Below are positions 47,482 through 48,290 of a DNA stretch of 48,290 nt, piece by piece (position 1 is the stretch's first letter; the number at the start of each line of letters is the position of its first letter). A model generated the notes under the pieces. That model was not told where the DNA came from and searched no databases. It worked only from the letters and a program-made list of their open reading frames with translations. Location: NCBI GenBank assembly GCA_019057815.1, contig JAHLWR010000026.1, positions 1-48,290 of the forward strand, given 5' to 3'. Made by a program: the position numbers and the translations under genes. Source of the DNA: Candidatus Heimdallarchaeota archaeon. Its GTDB lineage: Archaea > Asgardarchaeota > Heimdallarchaeia > Heimdallarchaeales > Heimdallarchaeaceae.

Positions 47482-48290
47482 ATGAATTCATCAAATAAAG
47501 AGAGTATCAAGAAAGAAGAAATAGATAAGGATACTGACGAAGATAAGACTGTTGACGAAGATAAGACTGTTGACGAAGATAAGACTGTTGACGAAGATAA
47601 GACTGTTGACGAAGAGAAAAAAAAGCCTGAAAAATTTGTTTTTAATTGTACTAAATGTGGAGAATGCTGTGAAAAATGGGCTGAAATACCCATTTACTTG
47701 AAAGATCTAGAAAGATGGATTAATGATGGATCTTTAAACTATGTTTTACCCTTCCTACAAATGCGAGAAGAACCTCCGTTTAATGTTAAAATTGTTATTC
47801 AAAGACCATCTCTTGAAGGTGATGACCCTAACCCTTCAGGTTGCCCCTTATATGATTATGAAAATAAGATATGCAATTTGTACTCTAGTTTACCGATTCA
47901 TTGTGACGCTTATCCATTGGGATTCAATGGTGAAAAATTCTTTTTAATAGACAGAGAATGCCCTGGAATAGGTAAAGGGACAATGACTAAGGAATTATTA
48001 TTGCAGATGAGAGATAAAGCAGAAAACCATCATAATTCACAGGTTCTATCAAGATTAATTCTTCCAATAATGAACAGTCTCATTATGGCAAATATGTACA
48101 AAAGAAGTCAAGAAGCTATGGATTCCTTATCAGAAGAAGATAGAAAGAAACTTGAAGAGATGTTATCTAAAGCGAAAGAGGAAGAAGATTCTGTTTCCTC
48201 TGAAGACAGTAAAAAGGAAGGTTCTGTTTCCTCCGAAGACAGTAAAAAGGAAGATTCTGTTTCCTCCAAAGACAGTAAAAAGGAAGATTC
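47482..48290 (+). CDS. YkgJ/CxxCxxCC family metal-binding protein with repeat-derived acidic tails (runs off the window; absent from the ORF track)
   Basis: Manual translation from ATG 47482: MNSSNKES...FNCTKCGECC...GCPLYD..NKICNLY...PIHCDAYP...ECPGIG. The frame is open to the window end. Confidence 0.85.
   Translation, partial: MNSSNKESIKKEEIDKDTDEDKTVDEDKTVDEDKTVDEDKTVDEEKKKPEKFVFNCTKCGECCEKWAEIPIYLKDLERWINDGSLNYVLPFLQMREEPPFNVKIVIQRPSLEGDDPNPSGCPLYDYENKICNLYSSLPIHCDAYPLGFNGEKFFLIDRECPGIGKGTMTKELLLQMRDKAENHHNSQVLSRLILPIMNSLIMANMYKRSQEAMDSLSEEDRKKLEEMLSKAKEEEDSVSSEDSKKEGSVSSEDSKKEDSVSSKDSKKED
47536..47615 (+). repeat. 18-bp perfect tandem repeat, 4 copies plus partial (DEDKTV)
   Basis: GACGAAGATAAGACTGTT at 47536, 47554, 47572 and 47590. 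Confidence 0.97.
48184..48290 (+). repeat. 33-bp tandem repeat, 3 copies plus partial (EDSVSSEDSKK), cut by the window end
   Basis: GAAGATTCTGTTTCCTCYGAAGACAGTAAAAAG-like units at 48184, 48217, 48250 and 48283 (partial). Confidence 0.95.

Noticed and set aside
47536-47615. Repeat array as a CRISPR
   Set aside because: Units are head-to-tail with no spacers and lie in frame in a CDS.
1835-47947. Numerous 60-125 aa ORFs antisense to or nested in long genes (e.g. 1835-2212, 20959-21291, 37432-37788, 47454-47693, 47741-47947)
   Set aside because: Shadow ORFs of well-supported genes with no independent motifs.

Overview
AT-rich archaeal DNA, most consistent with an Asgard archaeon (inference from TBP, the XPB-Bax1 pair, a Ras/Arf-like GTPase, a tubby/scramblase-like protein and in-frame tandem repeats). 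(i) 1-10.7 kb is a defence island: duplicated HsdM-like 3' tails, two HEPN proteins, a TPR-CHAT protease, a Pycsar-like effector+cyclase pair, a P-loop-TPR protein and a TPR protein. It ends at a truncated M20 peptidase. (ii) 11-27.9 kb is mostly housekeeping. It includes a fumarate hydratase beta/alpha pair split by an uncharacterised 945-aa ORF (putative PD-(D/E)xK nuclease + HTH) that is flanked by two diverged copies of the beta gene's 3' end, and a compact isochorismatase / TrxB-like / RlmN-like operon. (iii) 28.1-30.2 kb holds a solo, unusually large (641 aa) TnpB/Cas12-like gene with a non-canonical RuvC-III motif and a structured 3' RNA region. (iv) 30.3-34.4 kb holds a frameshifted TM1410/MJ1477-like hydrolase, an NTF2-like protein and an ABC exporter. 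(v) 34.5-46.4 kb is one 13-gene redox operon (korDABC-mvhD/flx-hdrACB-sdh/frd-like). (vi) The window ends with a small GTPase and a CxxCxxCC protein carrying two in-frame tandem repeat arrays. No tRNA, rRNA or CRISPR array was recognised. The best candidates for undescribed systems are the 945-aa '3'-end replacement' element and the large TnpB-like locus. All family calls come from motifs recognised by eye, not database searches.
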